Origin: an uncultured Candidatus Binatia bacterium
Lineage (GTDB): Bacteria > Desulfobacterota > Binatia > UBA9968 > JAJDTQ01
Length of the DNA stretch: 64,000 nucleotides
Reading direction: 5' to 3'
Assembly: GCA_965215605.1 (NCBI GenBank)
Contig: OZ244070.1
Location: forward strand, 3,584,001-3,648,000
Shown here piece by piece: positions 29,553-39,845 of this stretch (position 1 is its first letter; every line of letters starts with the position of its first letter). Below the pieces are notes generated by a model, which searched no databases, was not told the DNA's origin, and saw only the letters and a list, made by a program, of their open reading frames with translations. A program made the position numbers and the translations under genes.

Positions 29553-29921
29553 ATGGTAACGACGTTGAAGGAAAAGACAACGCATCTCGGTCCCGACTCT
29601 CGGGAGCGGATCGAGGCGGAAGCCGAACGCTTGCACCAGGAGTCCCTGACCCTCCAGGATCTCCGGAAGAGGAAGGCGCTGACTCAGACCCAGCTTGCCG
29701 AGACGCTGGGCATCCGCCAGGCGACGGTGGCCCAGACGGAGAAGCGCAGCGACCTCCTGATTTCGACCTTGCGAAGCTATATTGAAGCCATGGGCGGGCG
29801 TCTGGACTTGGTGGTGGCATTTCCGGACCGGGTGCCTGTCCATCTCGGGGGCCTCGGCGGACCCGACAGACGAGGCGAACTGCCGCGGACCCCGGAAAGG
29901 GGAGCACCAAGGGGTTCCTGA
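29553..29921 (+). CDS. XRE-family HTH protein (HigA-like antitoxin)
   Basis: LQDLRK..LTQTQLAETLGIRQATVAQTEKRSDLLISTLRSYIEAMGG. Confidence 0.85.
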   Translation: MVTTLKEKTTHLGPDSRERIEAEAERLHQESLTLQDLRKRKALTQTQLAETLGIRQATVAQTEKRSDLLISTLRSYIEAMGGRLDLVVAFPDRVPVHLGGLGGPDRRGELPRTPERGAPRGS

Positions 29922-32515
29922 TGGAGCGGACGCGGCTCACGCCCATGATGCATCAGTACCTGGAGATCAAGGATCGGCACCGGGATGCGATCCTGTTCTT
30001 CCGGCTCGGGGACTTCTACGAGATGTTCTTCGAGGATGCGGAAAAGGCGTCCAGGGTCCTCGACATCGCCCTGACGAGCCGCAACCGCAACGACGGCGCG
30101 CCCGTGCCCCTGTGCGGCGTGCCGCACCACGCGGCTACCCCCTACATCGGCAAGCTCCTGTCGGCCGGCTTCAAGGTGGCGGTTTGCGAGCAGACCGAGG
30201 ATCCCAGGCAGGCCAAGGGCGTGGTGCGGCGGGAAGTGGTCAAGGTCATCAGCCCCGGAACCCTCACGGAAGGGGAAGGGCTCGAGGCCGACGTCAACAA
30301 TTTCCTGGCGGCGGTGGTGGGCGCCCGTGACGAATACGGCCTCTCCTACACCGACGTCACCACCGGCGAGTTCCGCTTCACCCAGATGAAGGGCTACGCT
30401 GCCCTCGCCGGCGAGCTCGGACGGATCCAGCCGCGGGAGTTGCTGATTCCCGAATCGCTGTACGCCGCCCTCGGGATGCTGCGCGACGACTACGCCGGGG
30501 TGCATTGCACGTCCGGGCCGGACACGTGGTTCTCGGGCGCCGCCGTCCAGAGACTCAACGATGCCGGCATCTTTCAGGGTCCACGGGACGAGTGGCCGCT
30601 GGGGGTCCGCGCCGGCGCCGGCATCCTCGCCTACCTGGAAGACCGCACGCCGGGCGCAGCCAGGGTGCTGACTTCGCTGGAGCCCTATCGCGCATCGCGG
30701 TTTCTGATGCTCGACGAAAGTACCCAGGCCAATCTCGAGCTCCTGCGCAGCTTCGACGGGAGCAGGCGGGGCTCCCTGCTGGGGGTGCTGGAGCCCACCC
30801 GGACGGCCATGGGGGCGCGGGAGCTGCGCAAATGGATCCTCTATCCGCTGCTGGACGAGCATGAGATCCGCCGGCGTCAGGAGGCCGTGGCGGAACTGGT
30901 GGAGCGGCCGGATGTGCGCCGGAGGCTGCGGGATACGCTCCATGGCGTCCAGGACCTGGAACGTCTGTCCGGGCGCGTCGCGTCGCGGTCGGCAACGCCC
31001 CGGGACCTGGCCGCGGTGAAGGACACGCTGCGGGCGCTGGAGGGAGTGCGCGGGGCGCTGCAGTCCTGCGGCAGCGAGTTGCTGGCCGGGTTGCGGTCGG
31101 GGTTGAGCGCCGAGCCGGAAGTGGTGGCGCTGGTGGAGCGGTCTGTGGTGGACGAGCCGCCGGCCACGGTGCGGAACGGCGGTTTCGTGCGGCCGGGGTT
31201 CGATGAGGAGCTGGACGCCCTGACCGCCGTCCGCGGCAACGCCAAGGGCTGGATCTCGGAGCTTCAGCACCAGGAACGGGAGCGCACCGGCATCCATTCC
31301 CTGAAGGTGCGCTACAACAAGGTGTTCGGGTACTACATCGAGGTCACCAGGGCCAACCTCGCCCATGTCCCGGAGAACTACATCCGGAAGCAGACGCTGA
31401 CCAACGGCGAACGGTTCGTCACCCCCGAGCTCAAGGACTACGAAGCGCGGGTGCTGGGGTCGGACGAGGAGATACTGAAGATCGAGTCCCGCATTTTCGC
31501 GGAGTTGCTGGACCGCATCGCCGCCCACTACCGTTCCATGAAGGAGTCGAGCCTTGCCCTGGCCAGGCTGGATACGCTGCTGGCGCTGGCGGAGACGGCC
31601 GAATCGCGGCACTTCGTCCGTCCCCGGGTGGATTCCGGCCTGGCGCTGGTGTTGCGGGCGGCGCGCCATCCAGTGGTGGAGGCGGTGCTGGGCCGGGGCG
31701 GTTTCGTCCCCAACGACTGCGAGTTGGACCCCGAGACCACGCAGATCAAGCTTCTGACCGGTCCCAACATGGCCGGCAAGTCTACCTACATGAGGCAGGT
31801 GGCGCTGGTGGTGGTGCTCGCCCAGATGGGGAGCTTCGTGCCGGCGGATGCCGCCCACGTGGGGCTGGTGGATCGGCTCTTCACCCGTTTCGGCGCCACC
31901 GACGCGCTGGCGGCCGGCGAATCCACGTTCATGGTGGAGATGAAGGAGACGGCCCGCATCCTGCGGCTGGCCACGCCCCGAAGCCTCATCCTGCTGGACG
32001 AGGTGGGGCGCGGCACCAGCACCTTCGACGGCATCTCCATCGCCTGGTCCCTGGCCGAGTTCCTGCACGAGTCGCCGCACCGGCCCCGGACTCTCTTCGC
32101 CACCCACTACCATGAGCTCACGGGGCTGGCCCGCACCCGGGAGCGGGTCCGGAACTTCAACTTCGCGGTCAAGGAGTGGCAGGGGGAGGTGATCTTCCTG
32201 CGCACGCTGAAGGAGGGTCCGGCCAGCCGCAGCTACGGCATACAGGTGGCCGGGCTCGCGGGATTGCCGCCGCCGCTCATCGATCGGGCCCGGGAGATCC
32301 TGAAGAATCTCGAGGGAGAGGAGTTGAACGCCTGGGGACAACCGAGGCTGGCCGGCGCCGAACCGGCTTCGGAAGGGGTCCAGTTGATGCTGTTGGAACC
32401 CCGGCAGGACCGGTTGCGGGAAAAGCTCCAGGCCGTCGACGTCAACGTCCTTACCCCGCTGGAGGCGCTGACTCTCCTGGAGGGGCTCGTGGCGGAGGCG
32501 AAACAAGGAGGCTGA
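29921..32515 (+). CDS. mutS: DNA mismatch repair protein MutS
   Basis: TPMMHQY, GDFYEMF, TGPNMAGKSTY, STFMVEM, DEVGRGTST, FATHYHE. Confidence 0.98.
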   Translation: MERTRLTPMMHQYLEIKDRHRDAILFFRLGDFYEMFFEDAEKASRVLDIALTSRNRNDGAPVPLCGVPHHAATPYIGKLLSAGFKVAVCEQTEDPRQAKGVVRREVVKVISPGTLTEGEGLEADVNNFLAAVVGARDEYGLSYTDVTTGEFRFTQMKGYAALAGELGRIQPRELLIPESLYAALGMLRDDYAGVHCTSGPDTWFSGAAVQRLNDAGIFQGPRDEWPLGVRAGAGILAYLEDRTPGAARVLTSLEPYRASRFLMLDESTQANLELLRSFDGSRRGSLLGVLEPTRTAMGARELRKWILYPLLDEHEIRRRQEAVAELVERPDVRRRLRDTLHGVQDLERLSGRVASRSATPRDLAAVKDTLRALEGVRGALQSCGSELLAGLRSGLSAEPEVVALVERSVVDEPPATVRNGGFVRPGFDEELDALTAVRGNAKGWISELQHQERERTGIHSLKVRYNKVFGYYIEVTRANLAHVPENYIRKQTLTNGERFVTPELKDYEARVLGSDEEILKIESRIFAELLDRIAAHYRSMKESSLALARLDTLLALAETAESRHFVRPRVDSGLALVLRAARHPVVEAVLGRGGFVPNDCELDPETTQIKLLTGPNMAGKSTYMRQVALVVVLAQMGSFVPADAAHVGLVDRLFTRFGATDALAAGESTFMVEMKETARILRLATPRSLILLDEVGRGTSTFDGISIAWSLAEFLHESPHRPRTLFATHYHELTGLARTRERVRNFNFAVKEWQGEVIFLRTLKEGPASRSYGIQVAGLAGLPPPLIDRAREILKNLEGEELNAWGQPRLAGAEPASEGVQLMLLEPRQDRLREKLQAVDVNVLTPLEALTLLEGLVAEAKQGG

Positions 32516-33637
32516 TTGGCGCGCTGGGTGGCCGTACTGCTTCTGCTGTGCGTCATCGGCCCGGCGGCCGATGGGTACGCCGTGGTGCCGAAGGCGCGGC
32601 TTACGGGCGTGCGTTTCCTCTCCTCGGCCAACTACACGCGGGTGATCCTGGATCTCACCGGCCGGGTGAAGTTCACGATCAACACCCTGCCTGCCGCTCC
32701 CGAGAAGCGCCTCCCTCCGAGGATCTACATGGATCTGGCGGGGGCTCGCCTGACGGCCCGCCGGCACCGTGTCGACGTCAAGGACAGGCTCGTGCAACGG
32801 GTCCGCCTGGGTCAGTTCAAGGAGAACGTCGTGAGGGTCGTGCTGGACCTCAAGTTCCCCGGGCACCACGACGCGGTGTTGCTGGCCAATCCACACCGGC
32901 TGATGGTGGACGTGGAGCGACGGGGCGGGTCCGCCAACCGCCGGCAACTGGCGGTTCGCAAGATCGTGCTGGATCCGGGGCACGGGGGAAAGGACCCCGG
33001 CGCCGTCGGGGCCGGGGGCCTGAGGGAGAAGGACGTGGTGCTGCGGGTGGCCAGGAAGCTGGCGCCGCTCCTCCGGCAACGAATGGGGGCGGACGTGGTC
33101 CTCACCAGGAATACGGACGTCTTCATACCCCTCAAGGGAAGGACGGCCAAGGCCAATGCCGAGCAGGCCGACCTGTTCCTGTCGATTCATGCCAACGCGA
33201 GCCACAATCGCAGGGCCGGAGGCCTCGAGACCTACTATCTCGACAAGACCACGGATGAAGCCACCATGAAGCTCGCCGCGAGGGAGAACGGCACCGCCCG
33301 CAGGAATCTCACGGACTTGCAGATCATGTTGAGTGACCTCAAACTGAACGTGTACTTGGCGGACTCCATCAGCCTGGCGAGCCACCTGCAGACCTCGCTG
33401 GTGAAGACCACCCGGCCGCACTACGCGCGGGCGAAGGACCTGGGAGTGAAGAAGGGGCTGTTCTACGTTCTGGTGGGAGCACGAATGCCGGCGGCGCTGG
33501 CGGAACTGTTCTTCGTCAGCAATCGCCGGGAGGCCCGGGCGTTGCAGCGTCCCAAATTTCAGAACGCCATCGCCGGGGGGTTGTTCCAGGGCATCAAGAA
33601 CTACGCCGACAGGCTGCGCGAGAGAGGGAGCCCTTGA
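32516..33637 (+). CDS. N-acetylmuramoyl-L-alanine amidase with AMIN domain
   Basis: Signal peptide; RVILDL/RVVLDL AMIN motifs; DPGHGGKDPGA, SIHANA, LAELFFVSN. Confidence 0.93.
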   Translation: MARWVAVLLLLCVIGPAADGYAVVPKARLTGVRFLSSANYTRVILDLTGRVKFTINTLPAAPEKRLPPRIYMDLAGARLTARRHRVDVKDRLVQRVRLGQFKENVVRVVLDLKFPGHHDAVLLANPHRLMVDVERRGGSANRRQLAVRKIVLDPGHGGKDPGAVGAGGLREKDVVLRVARKLAPLLRQRMGADVVLTRNTDVFIPLKGRTAKANAEQADLFLSIHANASHNRRAGGLETYYLDKTTDEATMKLAARENGTARRNLTDLQIMLSDLKLNVYLADSISLASHLQTSLVKTTRPHYARAKDLGVKKGLFYVLVGARMPAALAELFFVSNRREARALQRPKFQNAIAGGLFQGIKNYADRLRERGSP

Positions 33638-36387
33638 TGACGACATCGGCCGCGAGAGGCGAGGACAGGTGCGGTCCGGAGCGCCGGGTGGAGGCCAACG
33701 GCGGCGCCCCTTGGCGCCGGCTTGCCGAGGAGCAGGTCCGGAGCTCGAAACCGGGAGAAGGGGTGCGGGTCTACATCGACCTGGGCCGGCGGCGTTTGCT
33801 GGAGGCCCATCGCGCCGGCGCCTCGGGGTCGGAGGTGGTGCGGGCGCAGGGGGCGATGATCGACGGGCTCCTGCGGCGTCTTCTGGAGTTGGCGGAGCAG
33901 GATTACCGCGGCCGGCGGATGCGTTGCGCGGTGGTGGCTCAGGGGGGATACGGAAGAGACGAGCTCAATCCGCACTCCGATATCGACATCCTCTTTCTCT
34001 ACGGCTGGCGCGGCGGCCCCTACGTGGAGTTCGTCACGGAAAAGATCCTCTATCCCTTGTGGGACGCCGGGCTGACGGTAGGCCACGCCACCCGCACGGT
34101 GGCGGACTGCGCGCGCCACGCCCGGCGCGACCCTGTGATACAGACCGCGCTGTTGGACGCGCGTCACATTTGCGGCGACGAGCGGTTGCATCGCGATCTG
34201 CAGCGGGTGCTTGGGCGGCAACTCGGCGGCGGCGCCGGGGACAGCTTCGTCGCAACCAAGATCGACGAGCACGGCCGGCGCCACCAGCGGTACGGCGAGT
34301 CCGTCTTCCTGCTGGAACCCGACATCAAGGAAGGGCAGGGCGGCTTGCGCGACATCCACACCGCCATGTGGATCGCCCGGGTCAAGTACGGCGCCGCCAC
34401 CCTGCAGGACCTTTCGAAGACGGGCCTGCTGGAGACCAGGGATGCGGCGGCGCTGGAACGCGGCCGGGACTTTCTCTGGCGCACCCGGAACGAGCTGCAT
34501 TTCCTGGCGGGACGGCATCAGGATCGGCTTACCTTCGAGTCCCAGGAACAGGCCGCCCGGCAACTGGGTTTTGAGAGCGAGGGGAACCTGAGCGAGGTGG
34601 AGACCTTCATGCGCGCCTACTACCTGCAGGCCGAGGAGGTGAGCCGCCTGACTTCCCTGGTCATCCACCGCTCGGTGGACCACGATCCGTCTCAGCGCGG
34701 GAAACCCCGCTCCGGCCGGCGATTGCGTCCGGGCGTGCGGATCACCGGGCGGACCCTGGCGGTGGCCCCCATGAACGGCGACGGTGACCGGGCCGAAGGG
34801 TTGCTCGACCTCTTCGCCGACCTGCAGCGATACCGGCTGGACCTGGGGCAGGATTCGCGGGAGATCGTCAGGGCCCGGGTGGAGGCCCTGGAAGGGGAGC
34901 TGTCGGGCTCGGCGGACGCCAACCGGGCGTTCCTCGCCATCCTCCGCGGCAGCCAGTGGATCCACGAAACCCTGCTGGAGATGCATCGCACCGGCGTGCT
35001 GGACGCCGTCGTCCCGGAGTTCGCCCGGGTCCGCTGCATGGCGCTGCACGACCTGTACCACATCTATACCGTGGATCAGCATCTAATACGGGCGGTCAAG
35101 GAGTTCGAGCGTCTGCGGTCGGGGGAGTTCGAGGAAACGCTGCCCCGGCTGTCGCAGCTCGCGCGGGAGCTGGAGCGGCCCGAGATCCTGATCCTGGGCA
35201 TTCTGTTCCACGACATCGGCAAGGGCCAGGGCGGCGGCCACTCGGAGCTGGGGCGCGTGATGGCGTTGGATGCGGCCGCGCGCATGAGTCTCAACGAGGA
35301 CGAGCGGGAGCTGCTGTCCTTCCTGGTGCTCCATCACCTGCTGCTCACCGCCACGGCGTTCCGGCGCGATATCCGGGACGAAAAGACCGTGACGGATCTG
35401 GCCGATGTCATGGGCACGGCCGAGAATCTCAAGGCTCTCTACGTCCTGACCTATTCGGATGTGAAGGCGGTGGGGCCGGACGTATGGAACAACTGGAAGG
35501 CATCGCTGCTGGACGAGCTGTTCAACCGTACGCTCGAGGTGCTGGAGGAACGTGAGAAGGGCGAGTCCGCGAGATCGGACCAGGATCTCAAAGTGCAGCG
35601 TATCCACGACCGACTGATGACGCAGCTCGGGGCGGAGCACCCGGTGGACGAAGTCCGGCGGGACTTCATCGAAGCCATGCCCAGGCGCTACTTCCTCACC
35701 ACCCGCGAGGAAGACATGCCTTTCCACTACCGGCTGTTGCGGCGTCTCCGGGACGAGCCGTTCCTGGCCGCGGTGTTCCATCATCCCGAACACGGCCACA
35801 GCGAGGTCGCCATCTGCGCCCAAGATCAGCCCGGGTTGTTCGCCTCCATCGCCGGCGTCTTCGCGGCCATGGAGCTCAACGTGCTCAGCGCCCGCATCAA
35901 TACCCGCCGGGACGGACTCATTCTCGACGTATTTCGCATCTCGCATCAGGGCAAGGCCGAGGTGGTGATGGATCCGGGAAAGTGGTCGCGCATGGAGTTG
36001 TCCCTGGAAAGGGTGCTGAAGGGCAAGGCCGACGTGGCCGAGCTGGTACGCCGGTCGCGGCCCTCGTTGTCCCGGAGGCCCGCGGTCCGGGTCTCCACCC
36101 AGGTGCGCTGGGACAATGCCGCGTCCGACGACTTCACCGTGATCGAGGTCTACACTCGGGATCGGCCGGGGGTCCTCTTCACCATCACCTACCTGCTCTC
36201 CAAGCTGGACGTCTCCGTCCACCTGGCGAAGATCTCCACCGACGTGGACCGGGTGGCGGACGTGTTCTACGTGGCGGACGCGGAGGGCGGGAAGATCCGC
36301 GACGAGGGGCGGTTGGAGGCTCTGTGCGAGGCCCTTCAGCGCGAACTGGAGCCGAACGATGACGGACGACCTCACGCGGCAGGTTGA
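33637..36387 (+). CDS. glnD: [Protein-PII] uridylyltransferase
   Basis: GGYGR.EL.PHSDID, EPDIKEG.GGLRD, HIYTVDQH, HD motif (FHDIGKG), two ACT domains. Confidence 0.96.
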   Translation: MTTSAARGEDRCGPERRVEANGGAPWRRLAEEQVRSSKPGEGVRVYIDLGRRRLLEAHRAGASGSEVVRAQGAMIDGLLRRLLELAEQDYRGRRMRCAVVAQGGYGRDELNPHSDIDILFLYGWRGGPYVEFVTEKILYPLWDAGLTVGHATRTVADCARHARRDPVIQTALLDARHICGDERLHRDLQRVLGRQLGGGAGDSFVATKIDEHGRRHQRYGESVFLLEPDIKEGQGGLRDIHTAMWIARVKYGAATLQDLSKTGLLETRDAAALERGRDFLWRTRNELHFLAGRHQDRLTFESQEQAARQLGFESEGNLSEVETFMRAYYLQAEEVSRLTSLVIHRSVDHDPSQRGKPRSGRRLRPGVRITGRTLAVAPMNGDGDRAEGLLDLFADLQRYRLDLGQDSREIVRARVEALEGELSGSADANRAFLAILRGSQWIHETLLEMHRTGVLDAVVPEFARVRCMALHDLYHIYTVDQHLIRAVKEFERLRSGEFEETLPRLSQLARELERPEILILGILFHDIGKGQGGGHSELGRVMALDAAARMSLNEDERELLSFLVLHHLLLTATAFRRDIRDEKTVTDLADVMGTAENLKALYVLTYSDVKAVGPDVWNNWKASLLDELFNRTLEVLEEREKGESARSDQDLKVQRIHDRLMTQLGAEHPVDEVRRDFIEAMPRRYFLTTREEDMPFHYRLLRRLRDEPFLAAVFHHPEHGHSEVAICAQDQPGLFASIAGVFAAMELNVLSARINTRRDGLILDVFRISHQGKAEVVMDPGKWSRMELSLERVLKGKADVAELVRRSRPSLSRRPAVRVSTQVRWDNAASDDFTVIEVYTRDRPGVLFTITYLLSKLDVSVHLAKISTDVDRVADVFYVADAEGGKIRDEGRLEALCEALQRELEPNDDGRPHAAG

Positions 36388-37276
36388 CCGGTTCCTGGAG
36401 ATGGCCGCGGTGGAACGGGGGCTCGCGGCCAATACCCTGGAGGCCTACAGCCGCGATCTCAACCGGCTGGCGGAGTTCCTGTTCCAGCGGGGCGTCACCG
36501 CCTGGGAGGGCGCCACCCGCTCGCACCTGCGGGCCTATATCGCCGAGCTGCGGGCGCGCCGCCTGAGCGAGCGTTCCGCGGCGCGTCTGCTGGGCAGCAT
36601 GCGACGGTTCTTTCGCTTCCTCCTGAAGGAGGAGGTGCTGTCCGCCGACCCTGTCCCGGAGTTCGCCTCCCCCAACAGCACGGGGAGCTTGCCGAAGACT
36701 CTGGGGTCCGAGGACATGCGCGCGCTGCTGGAGCAGCCGGACGAGGCAAAGCCCCTGGGCGCGCGGGATCGCGCCATGCTGGAGCTCCTGTACGGCTGTG
36801 GCTTGCGGGTTTCGGAACTGGTTACACTCACCCTGCAGCAGGTCGACCGGGAGGGAAACTACCTCACGGTCAGGGGCAAGGGAGCGAAGGTCCGCCTCGT
36901 TCCCTTCGGGCGCTGGGCGCAGGAACGGCTTGAACGCTATCTGCGGGAGGTCCGTCCCCGCTTCCTGACGCGCGGGTACAGCGACTACTTGTTCCTCACA
37001 CGTTCAGGCAAGCCGCTCACGCGCCAAGGCTTCTGGAAGCTGCTCCGCGGGTACGCCCTCCGGGCCGGGCTTCAGCACCGGGTCACCCCCCATACCCTGC
37101 GCCATTCGTTCGCGACGCATCTTCTGGATGGAGGTGCGGACCTGCGGGCCGTTCAGTCGATGCTGGGGCATTCGGACATTACCACCACCCAGATCTACAC
37201 GCACGTGAGCCGGAGCCGCGTCAAGCAGGTCCACGAGCGGTTTCACCCCCGGGAAGCCCCTCGCCGCAAGCGTTGA
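36359..37276 (+). CDS. xerD: Site-specific tyrosine recombinase XerD
   Basis: ERGLAANTLEAY, RDRAMLELLYGCGLRVSEL, TPHTLRHSFATH, LGHSDITTTQIYTH. Confidence 0.93.
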   Translation: MTDDLTRQVDRFLEMAAVERGLAANTLEAYSRDLNRLAEFLFQRGVTAWEGATRSHLRAYIAELRARRLSERSAARLLGSMRRFFRFLLKEEVLSADPVPEFASPNSTGSLPKTLGSEDMRALLEQPDEAKPLGARDRAMLELLYGCGLRVSELVTLTLQQVDREGNYLTVRGKGAKVRLVPFGRWAQERLERYLREVRPRFLTRGYSDYLFLTRSGKPLTRQGFWKLLRGYALRAGLQHRVTPHTLRHSFATHLLDGGADLRAVQSMLGHSDITTTQIYTHVSRSRVKQVHERFHPREAPRRKR

Positions 37277-37303
37277 CACGCGACGCCGCCCGCATCCTGC
37301 TTC

Positions 37304-37331
37304 CGTCACCCCGGGCTTGACCCGGGGCCCA
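37304..37331 (+). repeat. CGTC-type REP-like palindrome
   Basis: CGTCACCCCGGGCTTGACCCGGGGCCCA: CCCCGGG/CCCGGGG stem preceded by CGTC. Confidence 0.55.
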
Positions 37332-37419
37332 GAGGCGGGGCGGCGAACGGACCGCCTGAGCTGCATCGCGGCCCGAAACCCGTGTTGTTTTTTGCCAGCA
37401 CGTCACTTAAGAATGTTCA

Positions 37420-38076
37420 ATGTCCCAAGAGTTCCTGTGGCAGATCTCCATCTGGGCATTCCCGGTGCTCGTGGCCATCGTCTTTCACGAGGTGGCGCAC
37501 GGATGGGTGGCCTACCGCCTGGGAGATCCCACGGCTGCCCTCATGGGCCGGCTGACCCTGAACCCTCTTCCCCACATCGACCCCGTCGGAACGGTGCTGC
37601 TGCCGGCCCTGCTGATCTGGGCGGGGGGTCCGGTGTTCGGCTACGCCAAGCCGGTGCCGGTGGACTACAACAACCTGAAGGACCCCAGGCGGGACATGAT
37701 CCGCGTGGCGCTGGCGGGGCCCGGAGCCAACCTTGTCCTGGCACTGTTGAGCATGTTGCTGCTGAAGCTGCTGTTGTTGAGCGGCAGCTTCTCGGCCGGC
37801 TCGATGACCTCCTACCTGTGGTACATGGGCCTCACCAGCGTGCGCTTGAACGTAATGCTGGCAGTGTTCAACATCCTTCCGGTACCGCCGCTGGACGGCG
37901 GACGGGTGCTGGTGGGTGTTCTGCCGGACGCCCAGGCCATGCAGGTGGCCCGTGTCGAGCCCTTCGGCTTCATCATCGTGGTGGCTCTGCTGATGACCGG
38001 AGTCCTGACCTACACGCTGGTGCCGATCATGGATATGGTGGTGTGGTTTCTGGCCGTCATCGTCGGAGTCGTGTAA
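37420..38076 (+). CDS. Site-2 protease family (M50) membrane metalloprotease
   Basis: HEVAHG, GRLTLNPLPHID, AGPGAN, FNILPVPPLDG. Confidence 0.93.
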   Translation: MSQEFLWQISIWAFPVLVAIVFHEVAHGWVAYRLGDPTAALMGRLTLNPLPHIDPVGTVLLPALLIWAGGPVFGYAKPVPVDYNNLKDPRRDMIRVALAGPGANLVLALLSMLLLKLLLLSGSFSAGSMTSYLWYMGLTSVRLNVMLAVFNILPVPPLDGGRVLVGVLPDAQAMQVARVEPFGFIIVVALLMTGVLTYTLVPIMDMVVWFLAVIVGVV

Positions 38077-38085
38077 GTTGAGCCC

Positions 38086-39063
38086 ATGGAAACCATCGTA
38101 AGCGGGGCGCGCCCCACCGGACTGCTTCATCTGGGTCATCTCCACGGAGCCCTGCGCAACTGGGTCGGGCTGCAGCAGGACTATCGCTGTTTCTTCTTCA
38201 TCGCCGACTGGCATGCGCTGACCACGGACTATCAGTCTCCGGACGGCATCATGGAGAGCACCCGCGCCATGGTGGCGGAATGGCTCAGCGTCGGCCTCGA
38301 TCCGGCCAAGTGCACGATCTTCCGGCAGTCGGACATCAAGGAGCATGCCGAGCTCCATCTGCTGTTGTCCATGTTGACGCCGGTGTCCTGGCTGGAACGG
38401 AACCCCACCTACAAGGAACAGTTGCGGGAACTCAGCGAACGCGACCTGTCCACCTATGGCTTCCTCGGCTACCCGGTGCTGCAGGCGGCGGACATCATCA
38501 TGTACAAGGCCCACCGGGTGCCCGTGGGAGTGGATCAGGCCCCTCACGTGGAGTTGACCCGCGAGATCGTCCGGCGCTTCAACAGCTTCTACGGTCCGGT
38601 TTTTCCCGAGCCGGACGTGCTGCTCACCGAGACCCAGCGGCTGCCGGGCCTGGACGGTCGCAAGATGAGCAAGAGCTACGGCAATTCCGTTTTGCTATCG
38701 GATCCCCCGGAGATCATCGACAAGAAGCTGAGCAGGATGGTGACCGACACCGCCCGCGCCCGGCGGACGGACCCGGGCGAGCCGGAGAAGTGTCCGGCCT
38801 TCAACCTGCACAAGATCTACTGTACGCCGGAGGAGATCCGGGAAGTGTCCGAGGGCTGCCGCAGCGCCGGCATCGGCTGCCTGGACTGCAAGAAGGTGAT
38901 GATTCGCCACGTCATCGACGATCTCGAACCGTTCCGGGAGAAAAAGGACTACTACGAGAAGCGCCCCGATGACATCCGCGACGTCATTGCGGAGGGCAAC
39001 CGGGTGGCCGGCGCCGAAGCCGCCGCGACCATGAACGAAGTCCGGTCGGTGCTGACGCTTTAA
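38086..39063 (+). CDS. trpS: Tryptophanyl-tRNA synthetase
   Basis: SGARPTG.LHLGH, YPVLQAADI, VPVGVDQ, KMSKS. Confidence 0.97.
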   Translation: METIVSGARPTGLLHLGHLHGALRNWVGLQQDYRCFFFIADWHALTTDYQSPDGIMESTRAMVAEWLSVGLDPAKCTIFRQSDIKEHAELHLLLSMLTPVSWLERNPTYKEQLRELSERDLSTYGFLGYPVLQAADIIMYKAHRVPVGVDQAPHVELTREIVRRFNSFYGPVFPEPDVLLTETQRLPGLDGRKMSKSYGNSVLLSDPPEIIDKKLSRMVTDTARARRTDPGEPEKCPAFNLHKIYCTPEEIREVSEGCRSAGIGCLDCKKVMIRHVIDDLEPFREKKDYYEKRPDDIRDVIAEGNRVAGAEAAATMNEVRSVLTL

Positions 39064-39074
39064 CCTGCTGTAGG

Positions 39075-39845
39075 ATGGCGGTGCACGTTCAACTGAAGAT
39101 CTACGAGGGTCCGTTGGACCTGTTGCTCCACCTGATCAAGAAGAACGAGCTCGACATCGTCGACATTCCCATCGCATCCATCACGGAGCAGTATCTCGAG
39201 GCGCTGGAGCAGATGCAGGGCCTCAACCTCGACGTCTCGGGCGAGTACCTCGTGATGGCGGCGACCCTGCTGCAGATCAAGTCCAGGATGTTGCTTCCCC
39301 CCGAGCACGAAGACGCAGAGGAGGACGACGAGGCGGGCGAAACCCGGGAGGACCTGATCCGCCGCCTGCTGGAGTACGAGCGGTTCAAGAACGCCGCCAG
39401 GGACCTGGAGGAGCGGGACATTCTCAACCGGGACGTGTTCGCCCGGCAGGGGCAGCCCGAGCGCGTGGCCGCGGAGGTGAGTTTCGAGCAGATCTCCGTG
39501 TTCGACCTGATGTCGGCGCTGCAACGCGTGCTCGAGCGGTTCCCGGATGCCTCGGTTCACACGGTGGTGCAGGAGACGGCGTCGGTACGGGAGCGCATGA
39601 CCTACATTCTCGACACGTTGCACGGCGGCGTGCCGGTCCTGTTCCAGGACCTGTTCGACGCCGCCCGCTCCAGGATGGACGTGGTGGTGACCTTCCTGGC
39701 TCTGCTGGAGTTGGTCCGGATCCGGGCGGTCCAGGCGGTCCAGAGGGAACGCCTCGGACCCATCGTCATGGAGCCGACGCTCTCGCTGTCCGAGGCCAGC
39801 GCGGCCATGGAGACGAATCCGCCGGGGGGTGAGTATGGAGAGTGA
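39075..39845 (+). CDS. scpA: Segregation/condensation protein A
   Basis: YEGPLDLLLHLI, LLQIKSRMLLP, VVTFLALLELVR. Confidence 0.95.
   Translation: MAVHVQLKIYEGPLDLLLHLIKKNELDIVDIPIASITEQYLEALEQMQGLNLDVSGEYLVMAATLLQIKSRMLLPPEHEDAEEDDEAGETREDLIRRLLEYERFKNAARDLEERDILNRDVFARQGQPERVAAEVSFEQISVFDLMSALQRVLERFPDASVHTVVQETASVRERMTYILDTLHGGVPVLFQDLFDAARSRMDVVVTFLALLELVRIRAVQAVQRERLGPIVMEPTLSLSEASAAMETNPPGGEYGE

Noticed and set aside
29777-33646. 1289-aa minus-strand ORF and other long antisense ORFs (e.g. 6155-8839, 59558-62317, 23971-26295)
   Set aside because: Shadow ORFs from high-GC codon bias opposite well-supported genes; no recognisable motifs.
36359-37276. Tyrosine recombinase as a mobile-element integrase
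   Set aside because: Typical XerD sequence in a housekeeping context, with no cargo or att sites.
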